Positions 1 to 9,679 of a DNA stretch of 64,000 nt are shown here, one piece after another; position 1 is the stretch's first letter; each line of letters begins with the position of its first letter. Origin of the DNA: Eubacteriales bacterium (GTDB lineage Bacteria > Bacillota > Clostridia > Oscillospirales > QAKW01); assembly GCA_045544995.1 (NCBI GenBank), contig JAZQAE010000023.1, forward strand, positions 43,138 to 107,137. Direction: 5' to 3'. A model generated the notes under the pieces. That model worked only from the letters and a program-made list of their open reading frames with translations, had not been told where the DNA came from and did not search any database. Made by a program: the position numbers and the translations under genes.

Positions 1-413
1 GGTCTTCTGTGGTCGATGAGCGAGGAGAGATCGCAGCATGTTATCAAGGAGTGCCTCAAAAAAATCTCGGAGCGTTGGCAGATGTTTTGGATGGTTATCC
101 CAAACCCTATGGAATGATGGTGGCATTAAGAACGCTATCTCCTCAGGTGTTGGTTTGCGATGAGATCGGGAGCGATGAGGAAACGGAACGAATGTTAGAG
201 GCAATGAATGCCGGGGTTCCGGTTTTGGTGACTGCTCATGCAAAGGATGAAGAGGAGTTGTTTAATCGTCCCCAAATAAAACGGTTGACAGATGCCGGGG
301 CAATTTCAAAAATCGTATTGTTAAAAGGCGCAAAATCGCCCGGCAAGATCAATAAAGTATTAACGGTAAATCACTATGATGATGAAGATTTTTGGAGCAG
401 TTCTGATTATTAG
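1..413 (+). CDS. spoIIIAA: Stage III sporulation protein AA (ATPase), C-terminal part; the 5' end lies outside the window
   Basis: The frame is open from the window edge. The translation ...VLVCDEIGSDEETERMLEAMNAGVPVLVTAHA... fits the SpoIIIAA C-terminus. Seven spoIIIA-like ORFs follow in canonical order. Confidence 0.85.
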   Translation, partial: SSVVDERGEIAACYQGVPQKNLGALADVLDGYPKPYGMMVALRTLSPQVLVCDEIGSDEETERMLEAMNAGVPVLVTAHAKDEEELFNRPQIKRLTDAGAISKIVLLKGAKSPGKINKVLTVNHYDDEDFWSSSDY

Positions 414-813
414 CGGAGGCTTTTTTGCCGGTCATTTGAAAGCGTCAGAGCAAAAAAGACGCAGAATCGCTTTGGCTGAAATATACCGATTAATGGAATG
501 CTATTATTTTGATTTGAAGAAATACAGAAAAACCATGCGAGAGAGTTTGCAAGGGTCTGGAGAGATGGCGCAACTGCTTTTGGAAGATAAGCCGATAAAG
601 GGGCTTTTTGAGACAGACTATGCCGTGTTTCGCCAATTAAATGCACAATTAAAGACTGCCTCATATCAGCAATCCATTGTTTTGTTGGAGAAATTTCTTC
701 ACTCGCTCCAATTGAATATTCAAAAACTGCAGGAGGAATCCGGATCTCAAGAAAAAGCGTTGCCATTAATTACCGGCATGGTTGGTTTTTTGATCACGGT
801 ATTAATATTCTGA
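376..813 (+). CDS. spoIIIAB: Stage III sporulation protein AB
   Basis: 145 aa with an N-terminal TM segment (MKIFGAVLIISGGFFAG) and a C-terminal TM. Second position in the spoIIIA operon; overlaps the spoIIIAA stop. Confidence 0.8.
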   Translation: MMMKIFGAVLIISGGFFAGHLKASEQKRRRIALAEIYRLMECYYFDLKKYRKTMRESLQGSGEMAQLLLEDKPIKGLFETDYAVFRQLNAQLKTASYQQSIVLLEKFLHSLQLNIQKLQEESGSQEKALPLITGMVGFLITVLIF

Positions 814-814
814 T

Positions 815-1012
815 ATGGAAGTGGAATTGGTTTTTAAAATTGCAACAGTTGGTATCGTTGTGGCTGTTGTGAATATGATACTCAGTAAGCTGGGGCGTGA
901 TGAATATGCCACTCTTACTACACTTGCCGGTGTTATCATTGTTTTAGTGGTATTGTTAAGAGAGATCGTTGCGCTTTTTGATACGATCAGTACCGTCTTT
1001 AAACTGCCATGA
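815..1012 (+). CDS. spoIIIAC: Stage III sporulation protein AC (small membrane protein)
   Basis: 65 aa. FKIATVGIVVAVVNMILSKLGRDEYATL resembles B. subtilis SpoIIIAC (FQIAGVGIVVAFLHTIL..GKKEYA). Confidence 0.85.
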   Translation: MEVELVFKIATVGIVVAVVNMILSKLGRDEYATLTTLAGVIIVLVVLLREIVALFDTISTVFKLP

Positions 1013-1395
1013 ATATTGTGCAATTATTGGCGTCTGTCATCGCTTGCTTATTGATTTTTCTGCTCTTGAAGGCGTTTAACGAGCGTTTTGCCGTTTTCGC
1101 CTCTATAGGCGGAGCGATTTTGGTCCTGTTTTATGTTTGCACAAAGCTGTCGTCTGTATTCACGTTTATTCATCATCTTGCCGATAGTGCCGGCATTAAT
1201 AATACTTATTTTCAGGCAGTGCTGAAAGGACTAACGGTTTGTTATTTGGGGGAGTTTACTGTCAGTACCTGTAAAGATTGCGGTCAAAGCGGATGGGGAG
1301 ATAAAGTAGAATTGGCTTGTCGATGTACGTTGCTGGTATTGGCAATTCCACTTTTTGAAGATTTTCTGGAAATGTTAATGGGATTGTTAAAATGA
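1009..1395 (+). CDS. spoIIIAD: Stage III sporulation protein AD
   Basis: 128-aa polytopic membrane protein. Fourth operon position, with overlapping stop/start (ATGA). Confidence 0.8.
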   Translation: MNIVQLLASVIACLLIFLLLKAFNERFAVFASIGGAILVLFYVCTKLSSVFTFIHHLADSAGINNTYFQAVLKGLTVCYLGEFTVSTCKDCGQSGWGDKVELACRCTLLVLAIPLFEDFLEMLMGLLK

Positions 1396-2483
1396 AAAGG
1401 TTCTGCACGTGTATAGTCTTAATTGTTTTGATGTTTTTTCCGTTTGTGATCTCGGCAGAGGAAGGATATTCCGATGATTTTCGTGATTCAGTTCAAACGG
1501 ACGATTCGTTGTTATCGGATGATACAGACTTAAATAATCCTGGAGATGTGATGGAGGATTTGAGTTTTGAACGATTTTGGACATATTTATTGAGACAATT
1601 TAAAAGTTCCTTTGGTGAAACGATAGAGACGTTAGTCAAAGGAATAGCGTTGGTTCTCTTGTCGGTATTGGTCAGCCGGTGCTGCGGAAATATTCAAAAT
1701 CAAAATCTTCAAATGTTGTTTTCTTTTATGGTTTCCTTGTCAATTGTTTTGATGTGTCAAGGGAACTTACATAACGCAGCGGAATCCTTGAAGAAGAGTA
1801 TCGAAGATATGCGTGTTTTTACATCCGCCTGTATTCCTTCGTTCACGGTGGTAATGATTGCTGCTGGAGAAGCAGGGAGTGCTACGGTATTTTCGGCAGC
1901 AATGGTACTGCTTGGGGAGATCGGCACACTGATTTCTGAGAATTTACTATTGCCTTTAACCGATGTGTATTTGGCGGTAGGGATCTGCTCAGTGGTGAGT
2001 GATGAATATAACTTCATGGTTATAGGAAAAAATATACGACGTTTTTTGATTTGGTGTACCGGTCTTTTAGTGGTAGGATTTAAAACGGTTTTAAAACTAC
2101 AATCCGGAGCCACAGCCGCTACCGATCAATTGACGAAAAAATATATTAAAACTGCAGTGGGTAGTTTGATTCCGATGGTTGGGAACACACTGTCGCAAGG
2201 GGTCGATGGTTTATTTTCAGTAGCATCCGGTGTTAAGACCTCGTTTGCCATCGGCGGCGTTTTGATTACCCTTTCGATTCTCTTGCCGTCATTGATCAAT
2301 ATCGGCGTTCATGGACTGATTTGGGGCTTTTGCCGGTGGATCGCAGAGTTTATGAATGATTCTACGGTTCGTTCAATTGCCGATGTATTGGCAAACAGCT
2401 TTTATTTGATGTTGGCTCTTGGCGGCTGTGTTGCGCTACTAGGTTTATTTTCTTTTTTTGGATTGATCACACAGGTTGGTTAA
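1392..2483 (+). CDS. spoIIIAE: Stage III sporulation protein AE
   Basis: 363 aa with a signal peptide and multiple TM segments. Size and position are typical of SpoIIIAE. Confidence 0.85.
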   Translation: MKRFCTCIVLIVLMFFPFVISAEEGYSDDFRDSVQTDDSLLSDDTDLNNPGDVMEDLSFERFWTYLLRQFKSSFGETIETLVKGIALVLLSVLVSRCCGNIQNQNLQMLFSFMVSLSIVLMCQGNLHNAAESLKKSIEDMRVFTSACIPSFTVVMIAAGEAGSATVFSAAMVLLGEIGTLISENLLLPLTDVYLAVGICSVVSDEYNFMVIGKNIRRFLIWCTGLLVVGFKTVLKLQSGATAATDQLTKKYIKTAVGSLIPMVGNTLSQGVDGLFSVASGVKTSFAIGGVLITLSILLPSLINIGVHGLIWGFCRWIAEFMNDSTVRSIADVLANSFYLMLALGGCVALLGLFSFFGLITQVG

Positions 2484-2484
2484 A

Positions 2485-2931
2485 ATGAATGAAATTAAAA
2501 GCATTGGAATGACGATCTGCATCATGATGGTCTTGATGGCTTATCTGAAGCAGGCAATTCCTAAGGGAAAAACGACCTATCTGATGAAAGCGATCATTTC
2601 CGTATTTATCTTGCTTTCCGTCGTTAACGGAATACGAACATTTGATTTTCATTCTGTAAAAGAGTTTCTCAATCGTCCGTATACAAATAACGAGGAAGTA
2701 TGGAAGAATGCGGCCGAAATGGTTGCAGACGGTCTGATGTCCGAGTTTCAAAATTATTTATCAAAAGAGAATATTAGCGCGGAGGTGCAAGGGGTGACGG
2801 TTGAAGTAAACGAAGATCGGTTTGTAATTAAAAAAGTGATTGTTTCCGGTACCGATGCAGAGAATGCCAGAAATCTTTTGGCTGGTCGCTATCAAATTGG
2901 AATTGCATATATTGAGGTGAAAAATGAATGA
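2485..2931 (+). CDS. spoIIIAF: Stage III sporulation protein AF
   Basis: ATG at 2485 lies just after the spoIIIAE stop (2481-2483); the ORF-track TTG at 2476 is less likely. Two N-terminal TM segments plus a soluble domain. Confidence 0.75.
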   Translation: MNEIKSIGMTICIMMVLMAYLKQAIPKGKTTYLMKAIISVFILLSVVNGIRTFDFHSVKEFLNRPYTNNEEVWKNAAEMVADGLMSEFQNYLSKENISAEVQGVTVEVNEDRFVIKKVIVSGTDAENARNLLAGRYQIGIAYIEVKNE

Positions 2932-3391
2932 ATTGATAAAAAAATTAATTCCGGATCTGAAAAAGTATTGGTTTATACCGGTGATGATCTTAGCTGGGAT
3001 ATTTTTGATGATTCGTCAGGCGGATCAACCCAAGGTAATTGAGGTCTCTGCGATAAGCGAAGATGATCGGTTTATTGATGAGACTGAAAAACAGATCAAA
3101 GAAATGCTGAAAGGAATCGACGGTGCCGGTGAGTGTTTGGTAACGATCACACTATCATCCGGCGGTAGAAAAGAGTATGTTCGGGAAGATGGAAGCGTTT
3201 TGATAATCACAGACAAAGAAGGAAATCAGTCTGCAGTTATCGCAAGGGAAAAAGCACCGGAGATTGCGGGGGTAACGATCGCAAGTAAAGGAGCGGGAAG
3301 TTTGCGTGTCCGAAATGATATTATAGAATCGGTCAGTACGGTTCTTGGAATCGGAACGAATAAAATTTGCGTGGTTACGATAAGTGGGTGA
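2924..3391 (+). CDS. spoIIIAG: Stage III sporulation protein AG
   Basis: 155 aa with an N-terminal TM and a C-terminal ring-building-like domain (..VTITLSSGGRKEYV...IAGVTIASKGAG..). Seventh operon position. Confidence 0.8.
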   Translation: MNELIKKLIPDLKKYWFIPVMILAGIFLMIRQADQPKVIEVSAISEDDRFIDETEKQIKEMLKGIDGAGECLVTITLSSGGRKEYVREDGSVLIITDKEGNQSAVIAREKAPEIAGVTIASKGAGSLRVRNDIIESVSTVLGIGTNKICVVTISG

Positions 3392-3395
3392 TACT

Positions 3396-3953
3396 ATGAA
3401 AATTAATAAAAGACAAATCGTATTTTTAACGTTGGCGTTTGTGGTTTGTATCGCAGTTTATCTAAACTGGCGATTTTTGGATAATGTAGATTTGGATAAC
3501 ACTTTAGTTTCGGTCGATGGGACCAATACATCCGAGGAAAAGGAAGAGGGGAAAACGTTGGGCCAGGCGCAGTTGGTAGAGACTGTGGCAAAAGACGTAA
3601 ACGCTTACTTCACCGAATGTCGTCTTAATAAACAGCAGAATCGTGATGAGGCGTTGGAATTATTAAAAACTGTAGCCGACAGTGAAGATTCAACGGCTGA
3701 AACCAAAGAAAAAGCAAGTACAGATATGATCGAGATGGCAAAGGTTACCGACGTGGAAGGAACGATTGAAAGCTTGATAAAGGCAAAGGGCTTTTCAGAT
3801 TGTATGGTATATATCAGTGATGATGCTGTGAACGTGGTGGTGGCTTCTGCCGGTCTTTCCTCGGAGCAAGCGGCACAGATCAATGAAATTGTGATTTCCG
3901 AGTCCGGAAAAGAAGCATCCTCGGTGAAAATTGTTGAAATCAAAACGGAATAA
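3396..3953 (+). CDS. spoIIIAH: Stage III sporulation protein AH
   Basis: ATG at 3396 (MKINKRQIVFLTLAFVV). TM anchor plus a C-terminal YscJ/FliF-like region. Last gene of the operon. Confidence 0.75.
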   Translation: MKINKRQIVFLTLAFVVCIAVYLNWRFLDNVDLDNTLVSVDGTNTSEEKEEGKTLGQAQLVETVAKDVNAYFTECRLNKQQNRDEALELLKTVADSEDSTAETKEKASTDMIEMAKVTDVEGTIESLIKAKGFSDCMVYISDDAVNVVVASAGLSSEQAAQINEIVISESGKEASSVKIVEIKTE

Positions 3954-3984
3954 AGTATCGCTCCTTTGAGATAAAATAAAAAAC

Positions 3985-4014
3985 TTGCAATTATAGTATT
4001 CTATGTGTTATAAT
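3985..4014 (+). promoter_or_regulatory. Sigma-A-type promoter for the asp23-like gene
   Basis: TTGCAA (3985-3990), 18-nt spacer, extended -10 TGtTATAAT (4006-4014). Confidence 0.5.
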
Positions 4015-4048
4015 AATCACATAAAGTTATTTCAAAGGAGAGATGATC

Positions 4049-4402
4049 ATGGACATTTCCAATGAATTGGGTACTGTTGAAATATCCGAAGAGGTACTTT
4101 GTACGATCGCCAGCGTTGCCGCTAACGAAGTGGAAGGAGTTGCAGGACTTGCAGCATCTTTGGGTGGCAATTTGAAGGATTTGCTCACAAAGAAATATGC
4201 CGGAAAAGGCATCAACGTTGAGATGACGGAAGAGGGACTTGTCATTACGGCAAGTATCGTAGTGAAGTATAAATGTAATGTGCAGGACGTGGCCGTTAAA
4301 GTTCAAGATGCCATTTTGTCTGCCGTTCAGGATATGACCAACTATGAAGTCTCCGCTGTAAACGTGAACGTTGTAAATGTTCAGATCACAGAAGAGGCAT
4401 AA
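4049..4402 (+). CDS. Asp23/Gls24 family envelope-stress (alkaline shock) protein
   Basis: MDISNELGTVEISEEVLCTIASVAANEVEGVAG... is a typical Asp23 N-terminus. AGGAG lies 8 nt upstream of ATG 4049. Confidence 0.85.
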   Translation: MDISNELGTVEISEEVLCTIASVAANEVEGVAGLAASLGGNLKDLLTKKYAGKGINVEMTEEGLVITASIVVKYKCNVQDVAVKVQDAILSAVQDMTNYEVSAVNVNVVNVQITEEA

Positions 4403-4412
4403 TAAAACGTGA

Positions 4413-4445
4413 ACCCCCGAAGCATTCGCTTCGGGGGTGTTTTTT
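4413..4445 (+). terminator. Intrinsic terminator of the asp23-like gene
   Basis: ACCCCCGAAGC-ATTC-GCTTCGGGGGT followed by a T run. Confidence 0.8.
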
Positions 4446-4479
4446 AAAAAAAGAAGAGGCTCCGATTGGAGCCTCTTTT
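4446..4479 (-). terminator. Intrinsic terminator of secDF (minus strand)
   Basis: AGAGGCTCC-GATT-GGAGCCTCT, with an A run on the + strand that becomes the U run on the minus strand. Confidence 0.75.
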
Positions 4480-4482
4480 AAA

Positions 4483-5388
4483 TTACTTGGATTTCTTAAA
4501 CGTGCACCAAAGAGTGGGCGCAAGCAGGGAAGAAGAATAACATCCGGAGATGATACCGACCAGCATGGGAAACGCAAAGTTGACAATAGAATCCAATCCC
4601 TTGATCGCACCGAAGATCAAAACCAAGACCAACGCTGCAGAAGACATCAAGGAAGTATTGAGGGTTCTGGTAAGAGATTGAGTGATACTCTTGTTCACCA
4701 GGTCGACAATAGGAAGCTTATTGCCGCTGAGACGTTTGTTCTCACGGATCCGGTCGAAGATAACCAAGGTATCGTTGATGGAGTAACCCAAAATCGTCAA
4801 TACAACAGCGATAAATCCGTCGTTGATGGGGATACCAAAAAGAACGAATACAAAGAATACCAGTGCAATATCATGAACCAGGGCAATCAATGCGGTCAGT
4901 GCAGCGGTAAACCCGGATACAACAGAGAAACGCAACGTTACATAAATGATGATGAACAATGCGGCAAGGCCGATGGCGATCAAGCCACGTGTAAAGAAGC
5001 GACGGCCAATGGAAGCTTCCACGTTGGTGGTAGAGCCTTGCTCCATTTTGTTTTCGGCATATTTCTTGTTCAGGGCATCAAAGAGTTTGTCTTGCTCCTC
5101 GGTGGTCAGACTTTTAGTGCCGGCCATGCTGATGACCAGGGACTGATCATCGCTTTGATAACCGGTTGCGTTTTGAGCCGTAGAATCACGGCCTAAAGTT
5201 TCTTTGACTAATTTTTCAACGTCGGCAGTGTTGATTTCATTTCCGGTGTAGCTATAAGTAATCTTAGCACCGCCACTAAAGGTGATGTCGAGTTTCACAC
5301 CACGGACGAAAATGCCGACGATACCGGCGACGATCAAAGCCAGGGAGATAATGTAATAAATCTTTCTTTTAGCGTAGAAGTTCATCAT
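4483..5388 (-). CDS. secF: Protein translocase subunit SecF
   Basis: Start MMNFYAKRKIYYII at 5388, with GGAGG upstream. The ORF-track extension to 5442 overlaps secD. Polytopic, SecF-like. Confidence 0.9.
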   Translation of the reverse strand: MMNFYAKRKIYYIISLALIVAGIVGIFVRGVKLDITFSGGAKITYSYTGNEINTADVEKLVKETLGRDSTAQNATGYQSDDQSLVISMAGTKSLTTEEQDKLFDALNKKYAENKMEQGSTTNVEASIGRRFFTRGLIAIGLAALFIIIYVTLRFSVVSGFTAALTALIALVHDIALVFFVFVLFGIPINDGFIAVVLTILGYSINDTLVIFDRIRENKRLSGNKLPIVDLVNKSITQSLTRTLNTSLMSSAALVLVLIFGAIKGLDSIVNFAFPMLVGIISGCYSSSLLAPTLWCTFKKSK

Positions 5389-5390
5389 GA

Positions 5391-6725
5391 TTACTTTACC
5401 TCCTTTGCTTTTTTGTAGCCGTAAAACTTGGGGTTGCTGCAAGCTTTATAGCATGCGAGAGACTGAATCATCAGTTTGCTGGAGATGATAGAAAGACCGA
5501 AGTTCAGGAAAATACCGATCAGAAGGGTGTATGCAAAGGACAGCATTGCACCGGTTCCGAAGAACATCAGCAACAAGCCGATGGCGGCAGTGGTGACGTT
5601 ACAGTCGAGAACGGCGGAGAAAGCACGGTTATAACCGGCGGAAATAGCGCCTTTGAGAGTTTTGCCAGCGTTGATCTCTTCTTTAATACGTTCAGCGATG
5701 ATGATGTTAGAGTCCACACCCATGCCGATGGAAAGGATGATACCTGCAATACCGGGGAGGGTCAGCGTGAGACCCATCATGTGGAAGATTAATAACTGAC
5801 CGGCGGTCTGCAGAAGCAGAGTGATGGAAGCCACCAGACCAGGCAAACGATAATAGATGCACAGGAAGAGAATGATGATGCACAAAGCAATCAAACCAGC
5901 CAGTAACATTACGCTTAAAGCGTGAGCACCCATGGTGGCGCTGACGGCGGAGTAGTTGCTGGATTCCATGGCAAAGGGAAGAGAACCGGAATTGATCTTA
6001 GCAGCAAGATCTCTGGTTTCTGCGGCGGTGAAGTTACCGCTGATGTAACCGGAGCCTTCGGTAATGGCGGATTCAATGGTTGCGACGCTGATCAAAGTGT
6101 CATCCATCATGATACCGATTAAATCGCCAACGTGCTTGGAAGTGGTATCACCAAAGGTTTTGGTACCATCTTTGTCAAATTCCAGATTGACGATGTATTC
6201 ACCCTGCATATAGCCGGCTTCTGCTTTTGCAACCTTGGAGCCGTCCATGAATTTCTCTTTGATCAAGTAGTCTGCATGGCCGCCTTCATATTCAAATTCG
6301 ACTGCACCTTCAGCGCCGTGCTCAGCTTCTTCAACGATGGCAAAGGTGAGCTGAGCGGTTTCACCTAATTCTTCAATAGCAGCAACGGGGTCGAAGTTCT
6401 TTTCATTGGCCTGCCAGGGGAATTCCACCATAATAGAATGGTTTTCCTTATCGATGGTTACGGTGCGGTCCAAGATGTTGTTACCATCCAAACGCAGTTC
6501 AATAATGGATTTTGCCGATTCCAATTGATCGTCGGTAGGAATAATATTTTCATCCGAAGATTGGAAAGTGGCGCTGACACCACCTTTAATGTCGATGCCA
6601 AAACGCATGTAGCTGCTACGCTCGGTATAAATACCAAAGGCGGTATAGGCTACGATTGCGAGGATGACAAGAACGACAATAAAAAAGGATACTTTTTGCC
6701 ATACACTGGCTTTTCTCTGTCTCAT
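5391..6725 (-). CDS. secD: Protein translocase subunit SecD
   Basis: 444 aa with an N-terminal TM, a periplasmic-type domain and a C-terminal 5-TM bundle (..LPGIAGIILSIGMGVDSNIIIAERIKEE..). Confidence 0.9.
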   Translation of the reverse strand: MRQRKASVWQKVSFFIVVLVILAIVAYTAFGIYTERSSYMRFGIDIKGGVSATFQSSDENIIPTDDQLESAKSIIELRLDGNNILDRTVTIDKENHSIMVEFPWQANEKNFDPVAAIEELGETAQLTFAIVEEAEHGAEGAVEFEYEGGHADYLIKEKFMDGSKVAKAEAGYMQGEYIVNLEFDKDGTKTFGDTTSKHVGDLIGIMMDDTLISVATIESAITEGSGYISGNFTAAETRDLAAKINSGSLPFAMESSNYSAVSATMGAHALSVMLLAGLIALCIIILFLCIYYRLPGLVASITLLLQTAGQLLIFHMMGLTLTLPGIAGIILSIGMGVDSNIIIAERIKEEINAGKTLKGAISAGYNRAFSAVLDCNVTTAAIGLLLMFFGTGAMLSFAYTLLIGIFLNFGLSIISSKLMIQSLACYKACSNPKFYGYKKAKEVK

Positions 6726-6779
6726 TGTTTACCTCCTTGCCGGCAAAAATAATTTGCCGAACTAAAATATCACTAAATA

Positions 6780-6808
6780 ATTATATATATTAATATAATA
6801 ATTGTCAA
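6780..6808 (-). promoter_or_regulatory. Consensus sigma-A promoter for secDF
   Basis: The minus strand reads TTGACA-17 nt-TATAAT. The -35 hexamer overlaps the nth stop codon. Confidence 0.6.
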
Positions 6809-7446
6809 TTCTTTTTTAACTTCTTGTAATAAGTACAGACCTCGGTTAAAGGGCATTTTATGCAGTCCGGTTTTCGGGCATCACATACGGCTCGTCCGTG
6901 GTGTACTAAGTTATGGCAGAATTTTGTCTGTCGTTCCGGAGGGATGGTTGCTTTTAATTGACGCTCAACGATTTCCGGGTTTGTACTGGTTACCAGTCCG
7001 AGGCGATTTGAAAGACGGATGCAGTGGGTATCTGCAATAATAGCCGGTTTTCCGTAAATATCACCGCAGATCAAGTTGGCGGTTTTTCGGCCAATTCCGG
7101 AAAGGGAGGTTAAATCTTCAATTGTATCTGGCACCTCGCCGTTAAAACGAGTAAGAATTGCTTGGCTCATTTCTATAATACTTTTCGCTTTTCCTCTGAA
7201 AAAACCGCAGGAATGTACCATTTCGCACAGTTCATCAAAATCTGCTTCGGCAAAAGCTTCGAGCGTAGGATAACGCTTGAAAAGCGCCGGTGTCACCTTA
7301 TTGACACGCTCGTCGGTACATTGGGCTGATAATCGGGTGGCGATCAGCAGTTCGTAGGGCTTTGTATAGTTTAACGCACACTCGGCATGGGGGTAAAGCG
7401 TTTCTAATTGTTCGATGATGAATTGGATTTTCTCTGTTTTTTTCAT
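6805..7446 (-). CDS. nth: Endonuclease III
   Basis: HhH-GPD motif (LTSLSGIGRKTANL) and a C-terminal 4Fe-4S Cys cluster (CDARKPDCIKCPLTEVC). Confidence 0.9.
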   Translation of the reverse strand: MKKTEKIQFIIEQLETLYPHAECALNYTKPYELLIATRLSAQCTDERVNKVTPALFKRYPTLEAFAEADFDELCEMVHSCGFFRGKAKSIIEMSQAILTRFNGEVPDTIEDLTSLSGIGRKTANLICGDIYGKPAIIADTHCIRLSNRLGLVTSTNPEIVERQLKATIPPERQTKFCHNLVHHGRAVCDARKPDCIKCPLTEVCTYYKKLKKN

Positions 7447-8702
7447 CAGTTCTCCTTGATTTTTTTCCAGTATTCCCGTGAGGCGCTTTCTAATTTGTTG
7501 TCGCCGAATTGATAATACTGTTTATTTTTCAGATCCTCCGGCATATAATTTTGTTTTACGTAGTGATTGGGGAAGGCGTGGGGATAGATATATCCTTTAC
7601 CGTGCCCCATTTTTTCTGCTCCGCCGTAATGAGAATCCTGAATGTTGGCCGGAATGATCTGTCCTTTTCCGTTGCGCACGTCAGATAGTGCTTCATCAAT
7701 TGCCGTAATGGCGGAATTGGATTTTGGCGCAGTGGCTAAGAGTATGACTGCTTCAGCAAGGGGAATCCGTGCTTCCGGCAATCCAAGAGCCTGAGCGCAA
7801 TCCACGCAGGATTTTACAATTGAGATGGCCTGAGGATAGGCGAGGCCGATGTCTTCTGCTGCGATCACCATCAGCCGTCTGCAAGGGGCGATCAAATTGC
7901 CTGCTTCCAGCAACCGTGCTAAATAGAGAAGCGCCGCATCAGGATCTGAGCCGCGAATGGATTTTTGGAAGGCAGAGAGGATGTCATAGTGATAATCTCC
8001 ATCTTTATCATAATGGTTTCCGCTGCGCTGGGAGGCCTCACTGATCATTTCGTCGGTGATCGTGGGAGCTTCCCGTGTCAAAGCGAGGGAAATAACCTCA
8101 ATACAATTACAGCATTTTCGGACGTCGCCGCCGCACCCGTATGCAATTCGTCTGATACCGTCCTCCGTATATTGGATTTTGAATCCACGATGCTCTTCTA
8201 AATGAGAAATGGCCCTTTTAATAAATGGAATCATGTCATCGGCAGCCACCGGCTTGAATTCAAACACCGTACAGCGACTCAGGATTGCGTTATAAACATA
8301 GAAATAAGGATTTTCTGTCGTGGAGGCGATCAAGGTGATACTGCCGTTTTCGATGAATTCCAAGAGAGACTGTTGTTGTTTTTTATTGAAATACTGAATC
8401 TCATCTAAATATAGAAGAATTCCGTTGGGTGCCGTAAAGGGATTAATGTCGTTAATAATCTCTTTAATATCGCTGATCGAAGCTGTGGTAGCATTGAGTT
8501 TGTATAATTTACGGTCGGATTTTTCAGAGATGATCCGCGCCAGCGTGGTTTTTCCGACACCGCTGGGGCCATAAAAGATCATGTTTGGGATCTCTTGGCT
8601 GTCTGCGATGGAACGCAGCAGTTTTCCTTCAGCCAGCAGGTGGCGTTGGCCGACCATTTCTTCAATAGATGTGGGTCTCAATATATCAGATAACGGGCGC
8701 AT
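7446..8702 (-). CDS. rarA: Replication-associated recombination protein A (AAA ATPase)
   Basis: Walker A FYGPSGVGKTTLA and a MgsA C-terminal domain (..YDILSAFQKSIRGSDPDAALLYLARLL..). Confidence 0.9.
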   Translation of the reverse strand: MRPLSDILRPTSIEEMVGQRHLLAEGKLLRSIADSQEIPNMIFYGPSGVGKTTLARIISEKSDRKLYKLNATTASISDIKEIINDINPFTAPNGILLYLDEIQYFNKKQQQSLLEFIENGSITLIASTTENPYFYVYNAILSRCTVFEFKPVAADDMIPFIKRAISHLEEHRGFKIQYTEDGIRRIAYGCGGDVRKCCNCIEVISLALTREAPTITDEMISEASQRSGNHYDKDGDYHYDILSAFQKSIRGSDPDAALLYLARLLEAGNLIAPCRRLMVIAAEDIGLAYPQAISIVKSCVDCAQALGLPEARIPLAEAVILLATAPKSNSAITAIDEALSDVRNGKGQIIPANIQDSHYGGAEKMGHGKGYIYPHAFPNHYVKQNYMPEDLKNKQYYQFGDNKLESASREYWKKIKEN

Positions 8703-8732
8703 GAATACCGCCTCCTTTTCAACGTTGAGTCT

Positions 8733-8761
8733 ATTATATCAAAACTGAAAAGGTGATTCAA
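8733..8761 (-). promoter_or_regulatory. Sigma-A-type promoter for rarA-nth
   Basis: The minus strand reads TTGAAT-17 nt-TATAAT. Confidence 0.5.
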
Positions 8762-8782
8762 CAGTTTTTTAGGTGTTTTCCA

Positions 8783-8811
8783 TTGACTTTATTTCAAATA
8801 AAGTATAAAAT
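8783..8811 (+). promoter_or_regulatory. Sigma-A-type promoter for the transketolase genes
   Basis: TTGACT-17 nt-TAAAAT. Confidence 0.5.
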
Positions 8812-8842
8812 AGATACAAATAAAAATAAGGAGGCTCTCCAA

Positions 8843-9679
8843 ATGATTGAAGAGGTCAATTTGCAGTTGAAAAAGAATGCAAACACCATCCGTATGGACA
8901 TCATCGAGCAGGTACATAGTGCTAAGTCCGGCCATCCCGGCGGCTCTTTGTCTATTGCTGATCTGGTTGCATATCTTTATCTTGTGGAAATGAACATTGA
9001 TCCCAAGAACCCTGACTGGGCAGATCGGGATCGGTTTGTTTTGTCGAAAGGACATACCTGCCCTGCGCTGTATTCCGCTCTGGCACGGCGTGGCTATTTC
9101 GATCCTGAAATCCTGCCCACTTTCCGTCATATCGGCAGTATCCTGCAGGGTCATCCCGATATGAAGCATATTCCCGGTGTGGATATGTCCAGTGGTTCCT
9201 TGGGTCAGGGCATTTCTGCCGCTTGCGGTATGGCTCTGTCCGCAAAGAAATCCAATAAGGATTATCGTGTTTATACCATTCTGGGTGACGGCGAGATCGA
9301 AGAAGGTCAGGTCTGGGAAGCCTTGATGTTTGCTGCTCATTATAAATTGGACAATCTCTGCGTGATCGTAGACGATAACGGCCTTCAGATCGACGGCCCT
9401 GTTGCCGAGGTTATGAACAGCGCTTCTATCGTAGAAAAGGGCAAAGCCTTTGGCTTGGAAGTGATTGAGGCAGACGGCCATGATTTCGAATCCATTGAAA
9501 AGGCCTTTGAGTCTGCTAAGAAAGTGGAAGGAAAGCCTGCTCTGATCGTTGCTAAGACGGTGAAGGGTAAGGGTGTGTCCTTTATGGAGAACCAGGTCGG
9601 CTGGCATGGTACTGCTCCTAATGATGAGGACTATGAGAAGGCGATGAATGAGTTGAAGGAGGCTGCAAAATGTCTTTAA
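8843..9679 (+). CDS. tkt: Transketolase, N-terminal (TPP-binding) subunit
   Basis: ATG 8843 follows AAGGAGG. Contains SGHPGGSLS and GDGEIEEGQVWEA motifs. The ORF-track start at 8753 is an upstream extension. Confidence 0.9.
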   Translation: MIEEVNLQLKKNANTIRMDIIEQVHSAKSGHPGGSLSIADLVAYLYLVEMNIDPKNPDWADRDRFVLSKGHTCPALYSALARRGYFDPEILPTFRHIGSILQGHPDMKHIPGVDMSSGSLGQGISAACGMALSAKKSNKDYRVYTILGDGEIEEGQVWEALMFAAHYKLDNLCVIVDDNGLQIDGPVAEVMNSASIVEKGKAFGLEVIEADGHDFESIEKAFESAKKVEGKPALIVAKTVKGKGVSFMENQVGWHGTAPNDEDYEKAMNELKEAAKCL